DNA from: an uncultured Gemmatimonadaceae bacterium
GTDB lineage: Bacteria; Gemmatimonadota; Gemmatimonadetes; Gemmatimonadales; Gemmatimonadaceae
Assembly: GCA_963740355.1 (NCBI GenBank)
Contig: CAVUDW010000003.1
Coordinates: forward strand, 1,280,001-1,344,000
DNA length: 64,000 nucleotides
Direction: 5' to 3'
Under the pieces are notes generated by a model, which was not told the origin of the DNA, did no database searches, and saw only the letters and a list, made by a program, of their open reading frames with translations. Of this stretch, positions 50,762 to 61,592 are shown piece by piece. Within the stretch, counting starts at the first letter, position 1. The number at the start of each line of letters is the position of its first letter. The position numbers were made by a program, and so were the translations under genes.

Positions 50762-51712
50762 ATGACGTCCAATCGTTACGTGATTATGCTGGCTGCACTT
50801 GCGATCGGAGCCGCCGCCGCGCCGCTCATCGCGCAACCGGCAGCAGCGACCACTGATCCAAGTCAGCCGTGGGCGCCATACCTCGGTTGCTGGTCCACTT
50901 CGTCGAGCGGCGTGATCGGCCGAATGGTGTGTGTCGTGCCAACGGAAGCACGGGCCGAGGTCGAATTCCTGACCGTGGATGGTGACTCCGTCGTCGCCCG
51001 CACTATGGTGGATGGATCGGGCATGCCGCGGGCGATCGAACGCGGCGAGTGCGTCGGATGGGAAGATGCACGCTGGTCGCAGGATCGGCGGCACCTCTTC
51101 ATGCACGCCGATTACAAGTGCACGAAGGGGAAGCCGGTCCGATCGGACGCCGTCCTCTCGATGACACGCTCTGATGCTTTCACACACGTCGAGCGCGTGA
51201 CCAGTTCGGACTCTGCCACGGCGAAGGTCGTGAACTTCATCGTGCAACTCGACACGACGCTGTTCCCGGCTGAAGTCCGGCGACGGCTGACGAGCTACCG
51301 CGCGCTCGCCAGTGTCGAAGGCGAACTCGAGGCGGCCCCGCCAGCGCTGACGCCATCCGATGTCATGGAGGCAGCAATGATGCTCGATCCGGCCGTGTTG
51401 CAGGCATGGCTCGCAGATCGTGGCGAGGCCACCGACATGACGGCCAAGGAATTGCGCGTCCTTCGTGTCGCGTCGGAGGGCGCCTTTCGCATCACTCCGA
51501 CGAATGGGCGGTGGGTCAGGTCAGAAGACTACCGCTCTGGCCGGTCAGTCTACCGGTGGCGCTCGTTGAGTTTCCAGCCGTCCTTCAGCACGGCCGCCCT
51601 CGACTGGGGCATCGAGCCATACAACGGCCGCCTCATAACGCCTGCCATGGTGAATTTCGGGGTGCCTTACGAAGGGTATCAGCGCGGCTTCACCTGGAAC
51701 GGCTGGCGTTAA
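50762..51712 (+). CDS. secreted hypothetical protein, paralog of 49379..50692
   Basis: Shared W..Y.GCWS, VCVVPT, C.GWE, AWLADRG. Confidence 0.75.
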   Translation: MTSNRYVIMLAALAIGAAAAPLIAQPAAATTDPSQPWAPYLGCWSTSSSGVIGRMVCVVPTEARAEVEFLTVDGDSVVARTMVDGSGMPRAIERGECVGWEDARWSQDRRHLFMHADYKCTKGKPVRSDAVLSMTRSDAFTHVERVTSSDSATAKVVNFIVQLDTTLFPAEVRRRLTSYRALASVEGELEAAPPALTPSDVMEAAMMLDPAVLQAWLADRGEATDMTAKELRVLRVASEGAFRITPTNGRWVRSEDYRSGRSVYRWRSLSFQPSFSTAALDWGIEPYNGRLITPAMVNFGVPYEGYQRGFTWNGWR

Positions 51713-51740
51713 GTCCGCCTGGCGCCGTCCAGCGTAGAGA

Positions 51741-51778
51741 AAGCGCCGACCGAGCCCAGCCTCGGTCGGCGCTTCTTC
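51741..51778 (+). terminator. rho-independent terminator
   Basis: aagcgccgaccgag / ctcggtcggcgctt followed by cttc. Confidence 0.65.
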
Positions 51779-51882
51779 ATTGCGGCTCGCGGGTATCAGG
51801 CCCAATTGCTGCACTGTCTAGCTTGCCCTACGAAATCGAGCGCGGCTGAGCTCGTCGCCGCCTCTGTCCTCATACGAAACGA

Positions 51883-52482
51883 ATGTCGTCTTTCGGCAGC
51901 TTTCTCGAACTTGGTCTGCGCCACATCCTCACGCTCGAGGCCGCCGACCACCTGCTCTTTCTGGCGACACTGATCCTCGCGCACGAGCTCGGCAAGTGGC
52001 GGCCGCTCATGATCCTGATCACGGCGTTCACGATCGGACACTCCCTTACGCTCGCGCTCGCCACCCTGAACGTGGTGCAGGTGAACGCGAAGGCTGTCGA
52101 GGCGCTGATCCCGGCCACGATCATCGTCACCAGCCTCGTGAACCTCTGGACCTGGCGCCAGGGCCGACGCGCCAACGACCCGCCGCCCACCGACGCCGCG
52201 CGCCTCTGGCCGCGATATGTGATGGCGCTGACCTTCGGCCTCATTCACGGCCTCGGCTTCTCATCGGTTCTGCGGGGCCTGCTCGGCACCGAGGAGTCGC
52301 TGCTGATGCCGTTGCTGGCCTTCAACATCGGCATCGAACTGGCGCAGATCGTCGTGCTCGGCATGCTCGCCATCGTCGGGGCGATCCTGACCTGGCGCGT
52401 CTTCGACCGCCGCGGCTACGTCCTCACCGCCAGCGGCATCACCCTCGGCTGCGCCACCCAGATGCTCATCTCGCGGCTGTAG
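51883..52482 (+). CDS. HupE/UreJ family membrane protein
   Basis: G.RHI..DHLLF, TAFTIGHSLTL, FGLIHGLGF, FNIGIE. Confidence 0.9.
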   Translation: MSSFGSFLELGLRHILTLEAADHLLFLATLILAHELGKWRPLMILITAFTIGHSLTLALATLNVVQVNAKAVEALIPATIIVTSLVNLWTWRQGRRANDPPPTDAARLWPRYVMALTFGLIHGLGFSSVLRGLLGTEESLLMPLLAFNIGIELAQIVVLGMLAIVGAILTWRVFDRRGYVLTASGITLGCATQMLISRL

Positions 52483-52495
52483 CCGCTTTGGAGCG

Positions 52496-53015
52496 CACCG
52501 TCGCTCTTCGCGTGCCTTCCTAACAGCAATGGGGGGGAGGCCACGGAGCTCACGGAGTGCTCCATGGGCCACCGTCGCTCTTCGCGAACCTTCCTAACTG
52601 CATTGGGGGGGGAGGCCACGGAGCTCACGGAGTGCTCGGCCTGCAGCCGTCGGCCCAGCGCGCACCAGAATTTCGAGGTAGTGGAGCAGTTCCCTCCGAG
52701 TTGGCGATGGTCGCGCATCAGCGGAGTTTGCCTCTGGAGCACTCCGTGAGCTCCGTGGCTTCCCCCCATTTGCAGTTGCGATGGTCGCGCTGCGACAGCG
52801 CCCGCGATCAGAGCACTCCGTGAGCTCCGTGGCCTCCCCCCCATTCGCTGTTCCGATGGTTGCGCAGCGACAGCTCTCGAGAAAGGAGCACGCCGTGAGC
52901 TCCGTGGCCTCCCCCCCATTTGCTGTTCCGGTGGTTGCGCAGCGACGGCGCCCGCAAATGGCGCACTCCGTGAGCTCCGTGGCCTCCGCTCCATTTGCAG
53001 TTACGATGGTCGCCC
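52496..53015. repeat. 74-75-bp repeat array, 2 forward + 4 inverted units (CACGGAG family)
   Basis: Core ggaggccacggagctcacggagtgctc; forward units at 52496 and 52570; reverse units at 52737, 52811, 52886, 52961. Confidence 0.9.
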
Positions 53016-53113
53016 AAGGCAGACCGCTCGCCCAGGGTGCCGGTCGGAACAAGGACGCCCCTGCTACCGTAGTTTTCGGGACGCAGGACAAACCCTCAGA
53101 CCGCTACTCCCCT

Positions 53114-55198
53114 ATGTCATCTCAGTTTGTGTGGCGCCGGGTACTGACCGCGCTCGCGCTCGTCGCGACCGCGCCGTTGGGTGCCCAGCAGTGGCTGCAC
53201 CCCGATACCATCGGCCGGACCAACCAGTCGATGTTCCGCGTCCTCGATCAGTGGCCCGCGCCGAACGAGACGCGCGGCGCCAATGGGCGCCCGGGATCGA
53301 AGTACTGGCAGCAGCGCGTGGACTACGTCATCCGGGTCGCCCTCGACACGACCACCCATACGGTCACAGGCTCGGAGCGGGTCACCTATCACAACAATGC
53401 GCCGGACGCGCTCGGGTACCTCTGGTTCCAGATGGACCAGAACATCGACAACCCGAATGTCAGCGAAGCGATGATCGGTGCACCCGCGCTGCCGAAGAAC
53501 ATCACGCCGCGCGCGCTCGAGTTCATCAACGCCCGACTCGACACCAAGGGCTACGCCATCACGCGTGTGCAGCTGGTGTCGAAGAACGGCCAGAAGACCG
53601 ACGTGAAGTACGTGCTGCAGGGCACGCAGATGAAGGTGCCACTCACCACACCACTGGCGACCGGCGCAACGCAGGATGTGGAGATCGACTGGAGCTACGT
53701 CATGCCCGAGTCGTTCGCGAGCCGCAACGGTCGTGGCGCACGTGAACACCTGAAGGATGGCTGGGAGTATCTCGCAGCGCAGTGGTTCCCGCGTTCGGCG
53801 GTGTACGACGACGTGGTCGGCTGGCAGAACGACCAGTTCTTCGGCCAGGGCGAGTTCTACCTCAACTTCGGCAACTACGACGTCAGCATCACGGTGCCGC
53901 ACAACCACATCGTGCAGGCCACCGGTGTGCTGCAGAATCCGAACGAGGTCCTGACCGCGACGCAGCGTGAGCGCCTCGCGAAGGCGTTCACGTCGGAGCA
54001 GCAGGTGTTCATCATCACCAAGGATGAAGCCAACACCCCCGCCGCTCGCCCCGCTGGCACGCAAGCACTGACCTGGCGCTTCAAGGCCGAGAACGTGCGC
54101 GACTTCTCCTGGGCCTCGTCGCCCGGCTTCATCTGGGACGCCGCTGGTTTCCGCTACACCGCGACGTCGAAGCCGATCGAGATGCACTCGCTCTATCCGC
54201 GCGAGGCGCTCGGTGTCTGGGATTCGCTCAGCACCAAGGCCATTGCGCAGACCATGCGCACCTACGGCCGCATGTCGTTCGAGTATCCGTACCCGAAGGC
54301 CAGCAACATTCACGGCATCGTGGGCGGCATGGAATACCCGATGATCGCGTTCTGTGGCGCACGGCCGCCAGCGAATGCGAACGCGGTGACGCTGAAGAAC
54401 GTCGGCTACAGCCTCGTGTCGGTCACGATCCACGAAGTCGGGCACAACTGGTTCCCGATGATCGTCGCCAGTGACGAACGGAAGTGGACCTGGATGGACG
54501 AAGGGTTGAACAGCTTCCTCGAAGGCCTCGGCGAGATCGAGTTCGACGCCGCCTGGCCGAAGGCGCGCCTGCCGATGATCGCGAACAACATCGTTGGCTA
54601 CATGAAGAATCCGGATCAGGTGCCGTTGATGACCGAGTCGGATCTCATCCACCGCGGATTCGGGCCGAACGGCTACACCAAGCCAGCGTCTGGCTTGTAC
54701 ATGCTTCGCGAGCAGGTGCTTGGCCCGGCCAACTTCGATGCCTCGTTCCGTGAGTATTCGCAGGCCTGGATGTTCAAGCATCCGCAGCCGGCCGACTTCT
54801 TCCGCATGATGATGCAGGCCAGCGGTGACAACCTGAACTGGTTCTGGCGCGGCTGGTTCTACAGCACCCACGCCAACGATCAGTCACTCGGTACGGTCGA
54901 AGCGCAGAATGCCGACTCACTGGGCATGGGCGCACGCGGTCGCTTCTACAATCGTGTCACGCTCGAGAACAAGGGTGGGCTCGTGATGCCGGTCATCGTG
55001 GAGTTCACCTACACCGACGGCAGCAAGGAACGGGTGAAGCTGCCTGTCTCCATCTGGCGTAACAACGAGAAGAAGTTCGAGTACGGCCGCTTCTCGCAGA
55101 AGGAAGTGCAGTCGGTGGAGCTCGACCCCGACAACGTGTTCGCCGATATCAATCGCGAGAACAACAAGTGGTCGAAGCCGGCCGCAGCCATCCCGTGA
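53114..55198 (+). CDS. M1 family zinc aminopeptidase, secreted
   Basis: GGMEYP, HEVGH-x18-E (WMDEG); start MSSQFVW at 53114. Confidence 0.92.
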   Translation: MSSQFVWRRVLTALALVATAPLGAQQWLHPDTIGRTNQSMFRVLDQWPAPNETRGANGRPGSKYWQQRVDYVIRVALDTTTHTVTGSERVTYHNNAPDALGYLWFQMDQNIDNPNVSEAMIGAPALPKNITPRALEFINARLDTKGYAITRVQLVSKNGQKTDVKYVLQGTQMKVPLTTPLATGATQDVEIDWSYVMPESFASRNGRGAREHLKDGWEYLAAQWFPRSAVYDDVVGWQNDQFFGQGEFYLNFGNYDVSITVPHNHIVQATGVLQNPNEVLTATQRERLAKAFTSEQQVFIITKDEANTPAARPAGTQALTWRFKAENVRDFSWASSPGFIWDAAGFRYTATSKPIEMHSLYPREALGVWDSLSTKAIAQTMRTYGRMSFEYPYPKASNIHGIVGGMEYPMIAFCGARPPANANAVTLKNVGYSLVSVTIHEVGHNWFPMIVASDERKWTWMDEGLNSFLEGLGEIEFDAAWPKARLPMIANNIVGYMKNPDQVPLMTESDLIHRGFGPNGYTKPASGLYMLREQVLGPANFDASFREYSQAWMFKHPQPADFFRMMMQASGDNLNWFWRGWFYSTHANDQSLGTVEAQNADSLGMGARGRFYNRVTLENKGGLVMPVIVEFTYTDGSKERVKLPVSIWRNNEKKFEYGRFSQKEVQSVELDPDNVFADINRENNKWSKPAAAIP

Positions 55199-55722
55199 TG
55201 ACTGGCTGGCTGCATGCGGTATTGCTTGCGGGGGCGGTGTTCACGGCCGCCCCCGTCAGCACCGCCGTTCGTCCGAACGCGGAGGCGACGCACGACTTCC
55301 ATGTCTCGTACACCCGCATGGCGGTCGAGCCGACGGTGATTTCCGCGCAGATCCGCGTGTTCAGCGATGACATCACGCAGGCGTTGATCGAACGCTCCAA
55401 GGCCACCTCGATCACGCTCGGGTCACCGCAGGCGGAAGCGGCGTTCGGGGCGTATCTGGCCGAGCACTTTCCTGTGACCGTGAATGGCCGTCGGCTGGTA
55501 CCGGTCGTCGCCAGCGGCTCGCAGGACAGCCAGATGTGGTCGTACATCGTGACCTGGACTTCGCCGGTGCCCATCACGTCGGTGACGATGCACAACGCCA
55601 CGATGATGGAACTGTTCGGCGACCAGCAGAACATCGTGAAGATCAAGCACCTCGCCAGCGGCAAGGAAGCCACGCTGTTCTATTCCGGCGGATCGAAGGC
55701 CGATCAGGTGTTCAGGTTCTAA
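55198..55722 (+). CDS. secreted hypothetical protein (DUF6702-like)
   Basis: Signal peptide then HDFHVS..RVFSDD..Q.NIV; overlaps the M1 peptidase stop. Confidence 0.7.
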   Translation: MTGWLHAVLLAGAVFTAAPVSTAVRPNAEATHDFHVSYTRMAVEPTVISAQIRVFSDDITQALIERSKATSITLGSPQAEAAFGAYLAEHFPVTVNGRRLVPVVASGSQDSQMWSYIVTWTSPVPITSVTMHNATMMELFGDQQNIVKIKHLASGKEATLFYSGGSKADQVFRF

Positions 55723-55744
55723 GCACTGGCGCGAGGCTGTGACG

Positions 55745-55788
55745 AAGCGGGGGACACCAGGCGAACTGCCACCGTGTCCCCCGCTTTC
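55745..55788. terminator. terminator-like hairpin
   Basis: aagcgggggacac / gtgtcccccgctt. Confidence 0.55.
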
Positions 55789-55827
55789 GCTTCCGGAATA
55801 GGCAGCTCTGGGGCAGGCAGCGCCGTA

Positions 55828-55868
55828 CTCACACTTCTCTTACATCGCCTCGCCAAAGCCTTACACCA
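55828..55868 (+). promoter_or_regulatory. candidate KdpE-binding direct repeats
   Basis: ctcacac-ttct-cttacat (11-bp period) and a further cttacac upstream of kdpF. Confidence 0.45.
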
Positions 55869-55923
55869 CCCGAACGGCATGGCCGGTAGCCTGAAGGAGG
55901 TTCTTCTTCCTTCGGAGTTGCAG

Positions 55924-56004
55924 ATGGATTTCGTCGCATTGCTGGTGGCCGCCGTACTGGTGGCCCTGTCGCTTGGCCTCATTCGCGCGCTCGAGCGCCG
56001 GTGA
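55924..56004 (+). CDS. 26-aa hydrophobic peptide upstream of kdpF
   Basis: MDFVALLVAAVLVALSLGLIRALERR, preceded by a GGAG RBS. Confidence 0.6.
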   Translation: MDFVALLVAAVLVALSLGLIRALERR

Positions 56005-56011
56005 CCCGACC

Positions 56012-56104
56012 ATGACAGCCTTTGACCTCGTGGCCGCGGTCGTCGTGATCGCGTTGCTCGGATATCTCGTGTTCGCGCTGCTGGCGCCGGAGCGTCTCGG
56101 ATGA
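56012..56104 (+). CDS. kdpF: K+-transporting ATPase subunit F
   Basis: [30 protein letters not shown] (YL..AL..PE motif); ATGA overlap with kdpA. Confidence 0.85.
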   Translation: MTAFDLVAAVVVIALLGYLVFALLAPERLG

Positions 56105-57834
56105 CCGCTTCTGCCTGGCTCCAGACGGCCCTCTTCTTCGGCGTCGTGCTCCTGCTCGCCCGACCGCTCGGTGCCTACATGGCCCGCGTCTACAGCGGCG
56201 ACGCCACGATCCTCTCGCGACTCCTCGGCCCAGTCGAGCGCGGCATGTATCGCGTGATGGGTGTGGATGCGAGCGCAGAATTTGGCTGGGCACGATACGC
56301 CCGCCAGCTGATCGCCTTCAGCGCCGCCAGTGTCGTCGTGGTGTACGCCGTCCAGCGTCTTCAGGGCCTGCTCCCCGTGAACCCTGTGGGCCTTGGCCCT
56401 GTCGAGCCAACGCTGGCCCTGAACACTGCGGTCAGCTTTTCCACCAACACCAACTGGCAGGCGTACGGCGGCGAATCGACGCTGTCCTACTTCACGCAGA
56501 TGCTGGCGCTCGGCACGCAGAACTTCGTGTCGGCAGCGGCGGGTATGGCCGTGCTGGTGGCCCTCATCCGTGCCTTCACACGCACCGAGCAGAAGTCCAT
56601 CGGCAACTTCTGGGTGGATCTCACACGCGGCACGCTCTACATCCTGCTGCCGCTGTCGCTGCTGCTCGGTGTCGCGCTCACGTCGCAGGGTGTGGTGCAG
56701 ACCTTCAACGCACCAGCAACGGCCCAGCTGATCGAACCGCAGAGCGATTCCGTGACGACGCAGGTGATCCCGCTTGGGCCGGCCGCGAGTCAGGTCGCGA
56801 TCAAGCAGCTCGGTACCAATGGCGGCGGATTCTACAACGTCAACAGCGCTCACCCACTCGAGAATCCGACACCGGTCTCGAACTTCCTCGAGCTGATTGC
56901 GATCATCCTCATTCCGGGTGCGCTCTGCTGCACCTTCGGTGCGATGGTGAAGGACACACGCCAGGGTTGGGCGATCCTCGCTGCGATGGCGATCATCCTC
57001 GTGCCGCTGAGCATCGGCACCGTGATGGCCGAGCAGGCAGGAACGCCGCTCTTGTCACATGCCGGTGCCGCAGTCGGCGCCAGTGACATGCAGGCGGGCG
57101 GCAACATGGAAGGCAAAGAAGTGCGCTTCGGCATCGTCAACAGCGCGCTCTGGGCGACGGCCACGACCGCGGTATCGAACGGTTCCGTCAACTCGATGCA
57201 TGACTCGTTCACACCACTCGGCGGATTGGCGCCAACCTGGTTGATGCAGCTCGGCGAGATCGTGTTCGGCGGCGTCGGCAGCGGGCTCTATGGCATGCTG
57301 GTCTTCGCACTGATCACGGTCTTCATCGCCGGATTGATGGTCGGACGCACACCGGAGTACCTCGGCAAGAAGATCGAGGCGTTCGAGATGAAGATGGCGG
57401 CACTGGTCATCCTGCTGCCGTCGGCGGCTGTGCTGCTCGGCACCGCGTTGGCTGTCGCGACGCAGGCCGGCCGCTCGGGTATCCTCAATCCGGGGCCGCA
57501 CGGCTTCACAGAGATCCTCTACGCGCTCTCATCCACCAGCAACAACAATGGCAGCGCGTTCGGTGCCTTGGGCACGAATACGACCTTCTACAACATCCTG
57601 CTTTCGATCGTGATGTGGATCGGCCGCTTCGGCGTCGCGATTCCCGTGCTGGCAATCGCTGGCAGCCTGGCGGCGAAGAAGCGCGTGCCAAGCGGCGCGG
57701 GCACCTTGCCGACACATACTCCACTCTTCACTGCCCTGTTGATCGGCACCGTGTTGCTGGTTGGTGCCCTGACGTTCCTGCCGGCGCTCGCGCTTGGCCC
57801 GATCGTCGAACAGTTGCAGGCGGCGGGACACTGA
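56101..57834 (+). CDS. kdpA: K+-transporting ATPase subunit A
   Basis: [34 protein letters not shown]. Confidence 0.97.
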   Translation: MTASAWLQTALFFGVVLLLARPLGAYMARVYSGDATILSRLLGPVERGMYRVMGVDASAEFGWARYARQLIAFSAASVVVVYAVQRLQGLLPVNPVGLGPVEPTLALNTAVSFSTNTNWQAYGGESTLSYFTQMLALGTQNFVSAAAGMAVLVALIRAFTRTEQKSIGNFWVDLTRGTLYILLPLSLLLGVALTSQGVVQTFNAPATAQLIEPQSDSVTTQVIPLGPAASQVAIKQLGTNGGGFYNVNSAHPLENPTPVSNFLELIAIILIPGALCCTFGAMVKDTRQGWAILAAMAIILVPLSIGTVMAEQAGTPLLSHAGAAVGASDMQAGGNMEGKEVRFGIVNSALWATATTAVSNGSVNSMHDSFTPLGGLAPTWLMQLGEIVFGGVGSGLYGMLVFALITVFIAGLMVGRTPEYLGKKIEAFEMKMAALVILLPSAAVLLGTALAVATQAGRSGILNPGPHGFTEILYALSSTSNNNGSAFGALGTNTTFYNILLSIVMWIGRFGVAIPVLAIAGSLAAKKRVPSGAGTLPTHTPLFTALLIGTVLLVGALTFLPALALGPIVEQLQAAGH

Positions 57835-57835
57835 G

Positions 57836-59911
57836 ATGACAACCGACAAGACTGGCACAGGCCTGATTGGCAGCGGACAGTTGAAGACCGCACTGATCGA
57901 GAGCCTCCGCAAGCTGAATCCGAAGGCGCAGGTCCGGAACCCGGTGATGTTCGTGGTCTTCATCGGCAGCATCGCCACTACCATCCTCGGTGTGTTGTCA
58001 TCCACCGGTCGCGACTCGGAAGGATCACCAGCGTTCGTGTGGGCCATTGCCGCCTGGCTCTGGTTCACCGTGATCTTCGCCAATCTCGCGGAAGCGCTGG
58101 CTGAGGGGCGAGGCAAGGCACAGGCTGACGCATTGAAGGCCACGCGTCGCGATGTGATGGCGCGCAAGCTGGAAGATCCGAAGGCGCACCTGGTGATCGA
58201 GACCGTCAGCGCCGCATCGCTGCGGAAGGGGGACTTCGTCTACGTAGTCGCCGGCGACGTGATCCCGGGCGATGGCGAGATCATCGAAGGCATCGCGAGT
58301 GTCGACGAAAGCGCAGTGACTGGCGAAAGTGCGCCGGTGATTCGCGAAGCGGGCGGCGATCGCAGCGCGGTGACCGGTGGCACCCGTGTGCTCTCCGACT
58401 GGATCGTGGTACGCATCGCCGCCAACCCGGGCGAGTCGTTCCTCGATCGCATGATCGGGCTCATCGAGGCGGCGCATCGCCAGAAGACCCCGAATGAAAT
58501 CGCGCTCGCGATCCTGCTGGCGGCGTTGACGATCGTCTTCCTGCTGGTCTGCGCAACACTGCTGCCCTACTCCCGGTTCAGTGTTGCGGCCGCGGGTATC
58601 GGCACGCCCGTGACGCTCACCGTGCTGGTGGCGCTGCTGGTCTGCCTCATCCCGACCACCATCGGCGGATTGCTGTCGGCGATCGGCATTGCCGGCATGG
58701 ATCGGATGCTGCGGCAGAACGTGTTGGCAACGTCAGGCCGCGCAGTGGAAGCGGCGGGTGATGTGGACGTCTTGATGCTGGACAAGACCGGCACCATCAC
58801 GCTCGGCAATCGCCAGGCGTCGCGATTCATCCCGGCCAACGGCGTCTCCGCTCGGGACCTGGCTGAGGCGGCGCAACTGGCCAGCCTGGCCGACGAAACG
58901 CCGGAGGGGCGCAGTATCGTGGTGCTGGCGAAGGAAGAACATGGCTTTCGCGAACACTCGTTCGCCGTCGGCGAGGCGACCTTCGTGCCATTCACGGCAG
59001 AGACGCGCATGAGTGGTGTGGACTTCGGCACGCGCTCGATTCGGAAAGGGGCGTCGGATTCGATCGAGCGACTGGTGACGTCCGTCGGCGGCGGCATGCC
59101 GCAGGATGTCATCAACGCGGTGACGGAAGTGGCGCGCGCCGGCAGCACTCCGCTGGTGGTGGCTGAGGGTTCGAGAGTGCTCGGCGTCATCCAGCTGAAG
59201 GACATCGTGAAGGGCGGCATCAAGGAGCGCTTCGGCGAGTTGCGGCGCATGGGGATCAAGACCGTGATGATCACCGGCGACAACCCGCTCACTGCGGCCG
59301 CGATCGCGGCTGAAGCGGGCGTGGACGACTTCCTTGCCGAAGCCACGCCGGAAGCGAAGCTGAAGCTGATTCGCGAGTACCAGAGCGGCGGTCGCCTGGT
59401 GGCGATGACGGGCGATGGCACCAACGATGCTCCCGCGTTGGCGCAGGCGGATGTGGCGGTCGCGATGAATTCCGGCACACAGGCCGCCAAGGAAGCCGGC
59501 AACATGGTGGACCTCGACTCCAACCCGACGAAGCTGATCGAGATCGTCGAGACGGGGAAGCAGATGTTGATGACGCGCGGTTCACTCACGACCTTCAGCC
59601 TCGCCAACGATGTGGCGAAGTACTTCGCGATCATCCCGGCGGCCTTCGCCACCACCTATCCCGCGCTCAATCGGCTGAACGTGATGGGCCTGGCCACACC
59701 GCAGAGCGCCGTGCTTTCGGCCGTGATCTTCAACGCACTGATCATCGTGGCCCTGATCCCGCTGGCACTGAAGGGTGTGGCATATCGCCCCCTCGGTGCC
59801 GCCGCGATCCTGCGCCGCAATCTGCTCGTGTACGGACTCGGTGGACTGGTGGCGCCGTTCGCCGGCATCTGGCTGATCGACCGCGCGCTGGTCGCGCTGC
59901 ATCTCACCTGA
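57836..59911 (+). CDS. kdpB: K+-transporting ATPase subunit B
   Basis: [30 protein letters not shown]. Confidence 0.97.
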   Translation: MTTDKTGTGLIGSGQLKTALIESLRKLNPKAQVRNPVMFVVFIGSIATTILGVLSSTGRDSEGSPAFVWAIAAWLWFTVIFANLAEALAEGRGKAQADALKATRRDVMARKLEDPKAHLVIETVSAASLRKGDFVYVVAGDVIPGDGEIIEGIASVDESAVTGESAPVIREAGGDRSAVTGGTRVLSDWIVVRIAANPGESFLDRMIGLIEAAHRQKTPNEIALAILLAALTIVFLLVCATLLPYSRFSVAAAGIGTPVTLTVLVALLVCLIPTTIGGLLSAIGIAGMDRMLRQNVLATSGRAVEAAGDVDVLMLDKTGTITLGNRQASRFIPANGVSARDLAEAAQLASLADETPEGRSIVVLAKEEHGFREHSFAVGEATFVPFTAETRMSGVDFGTRSIRKGASDSIERLVTSVGGGMPQDVINAVTEVARAGSTPLVVAEGSRVLGVIQLKDIVKGGIKERFGELRRMGIKTVMITGDNPLTAAAIAAEAGVDDFLAEATPEAKLKLIREYQSGGRLVAMTGDGTNDAPALAQADVAVAMNSGTQAAKEAGNMVDLDSNPTKLIEIVETGKQMLMTRGSLTTFSLANDVAKYFAIIPAAFATTYPALNRLNVMGLATPQSAVLSAVIFNALIIVALIPLALKGVAYRPLGAAAILRRNLLVYGLGGLVAPFAGIWLIDRALVALHLT

Positions 59912-59923
59912 GGCACGAACTCC

Positions 59924-60505
59924 ATGCAATCAGATATTCGCGCAGCCTGTGTTGCGCTCGGACTGTTCACCGTCGTCACTGGTGTGGCCTATCCACTGGT
60001 GGTGACCGGTATCGGCGCCGTCGCCTTCGCATCGGAGGCGCGTGGTTCGTTGATCGATGTCGGCGGAACCACACGTGGTTCGGCGCTCGTGGGACAATCG
60101 TTCACGAAGCCGGGCTATCTCTGGGGCCGCCCGTCGGCCATTGGGATTCCGTACGACGCGAGGTCGAGCAGCGGGTCGAACCTTGGGCCGACCAATCCGA
60201 AGCTCGACACACTCGTGCGCGAACGGATCGCCGCATTGCGCGCCGCTGACGCGACAGGAAGCGCAACAGTCCCCGTCGAATTGGTGACGTCGTCAGCCAG
60301 CGGACTCGATCCGCACCTGTCACCAGCGGCGGCGCTGTATCAGGTACGTCGTATCGCGACCGCACGCGGCCTCGATAGCGCGGCTGTCGCTCGCGTCGTG
60401 ACCGCACAAATCGAACCACGCACCTTCGGCATCCTTGGCGAACCACGGGTCAATGTCCTCCGTGTGAATCTCGCGCTCGATTCCCTCACCGCATCACGTC
60501 CATGA
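59924..60505 (+). CDS. kdpC: K+-transporting ATPase subunit C
   Basis: GQSF, GRPS, SGSNLGP, SASGLDPH, VNVLRVN. Confidence 0.95.
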   Translation: MQSDIRAACVALGLFTVVTGVAYPLVVTGIGAVAFASEARGSLIDVGGTTRGSALVGQSFTKPGYLWGRPSAIGIPYDARSSSGSNLGPTNPKLDTLVRERIAALRAADATGSATVPVELVTSSASGLDPHLSPAAALYQVRRIATARGLDSAAVARVVTAQIEPRTFGILGEPRVNVLRVNLALDSLTASRP

Positions 60506-61588
60506 GAGTTTTCAGCTTCGGCATCATTTCCCTCGTCGCCGCATCGGCTGTCGCATCCAGTGCCGCCGCACAGGCCAGCGACACGACGACGAAGGTTCGC
60601 CTCAACGGCTTCGTCGACACCTACTACGCCTATGATTTCACCCGCCCCTGCGGATGGCGAGCGCCGTTTCACGACGCAGCCCGTCCGGCACGACGAAGCG
60701 AACGTGAACCTCGCCTGGCTTGGTGTGACCGTCGAGCGTCAGCGGGTGCGTGCGCGCGTGGCACTGCAGGCCGGCACCTCTGTGCAGTCGAACTACGCTG
60801 GTGAACCGCGCAATGGCGCGACCAGCGGACCGGATGTGTCGCGCTTCATTCAGGAAGCCGTCGTCGGCGTCAAGCTATCGGACAATCTGTGGGTCGATGG
60901 TGGCATCTACTACAGCTACATTGGGCTCGAAAGCTGGTCGTCGTCGGACAATCCGACCTACACGCGGTCGCTGGTGGCCGACTACACGCCCTACTATCTC
61001 TCGGGGGCGAAGCTGACCTGGCAAGCCACCCCGAAACTGACCGCGCAGTTGCACCTCACCAACGGCTGGCAGAACATCTCGGAGAACAATCGCAGCAAGG
61101 CTGTCGGTGCGCGGCTCGACTACGCCGTCTCGCCGGCATTGACGGTGTCATACGCGAACTTTTTCGGCAATGAGCGTCCGTCCGGCGCACGCAACGTACT
61201 GCGATCGTTCAATCAGGTGATGGCGAAGGGGACGTTGGCATCGGGAACGCAGTGGCAGGGTCAGGCCGATGTCGGCAAGCAGGGCGACAGCGACTGGTAC
61301 GGATTGGTCGCAATCCTCCGCCAGCCCATCACGCCACGCGTCGCACTCATCGGTCGTGTCGAACGCTACTCTGATCCCGACCAGGTGATCATTGGAACGG
61401 GCGAAGCACCAGGTTTCGTAGGCAATGGCGGATCAGTAGGCATCGATGTGCTGATCGACGCCGGCGTGCGCTGGCGCTCGGAGCTGCGCAGTATCCGCAC
61501 CACAGCGCCGCTCTATCCAGAGGGTGTCACGGAGCGACTGGTTCGCAACAACAACACGCTGGTCACGTCACTGAGCCTCGTTTTCTGA
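60502..61588 (+). pseudogene. putative porin (beta-barrel porin-2/OmpL-like) split by a one-base insertion
   Basis: Frame 1 gives signal peptide + GFVDTYYAYDFTRP; the protein continues in another frame as ADGERRFTTQP...SLSLVF; the break lies in the C4 run at 60645-60648. Confidence 0.75.
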
Positions 61589-61592
61589 TCGC

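Noticed and set aside
52496..53015. CRISPR array
   Set aside because: The linkers are homologous to each other, the orientation flips, and there are no cas genes in the window.
52781..53113. repeat-encoded N-terminal extension of the M1 peptidase
   Set aside because: The signal peptide begins at 53114; the upstream open frame is a by-product of the repeats.
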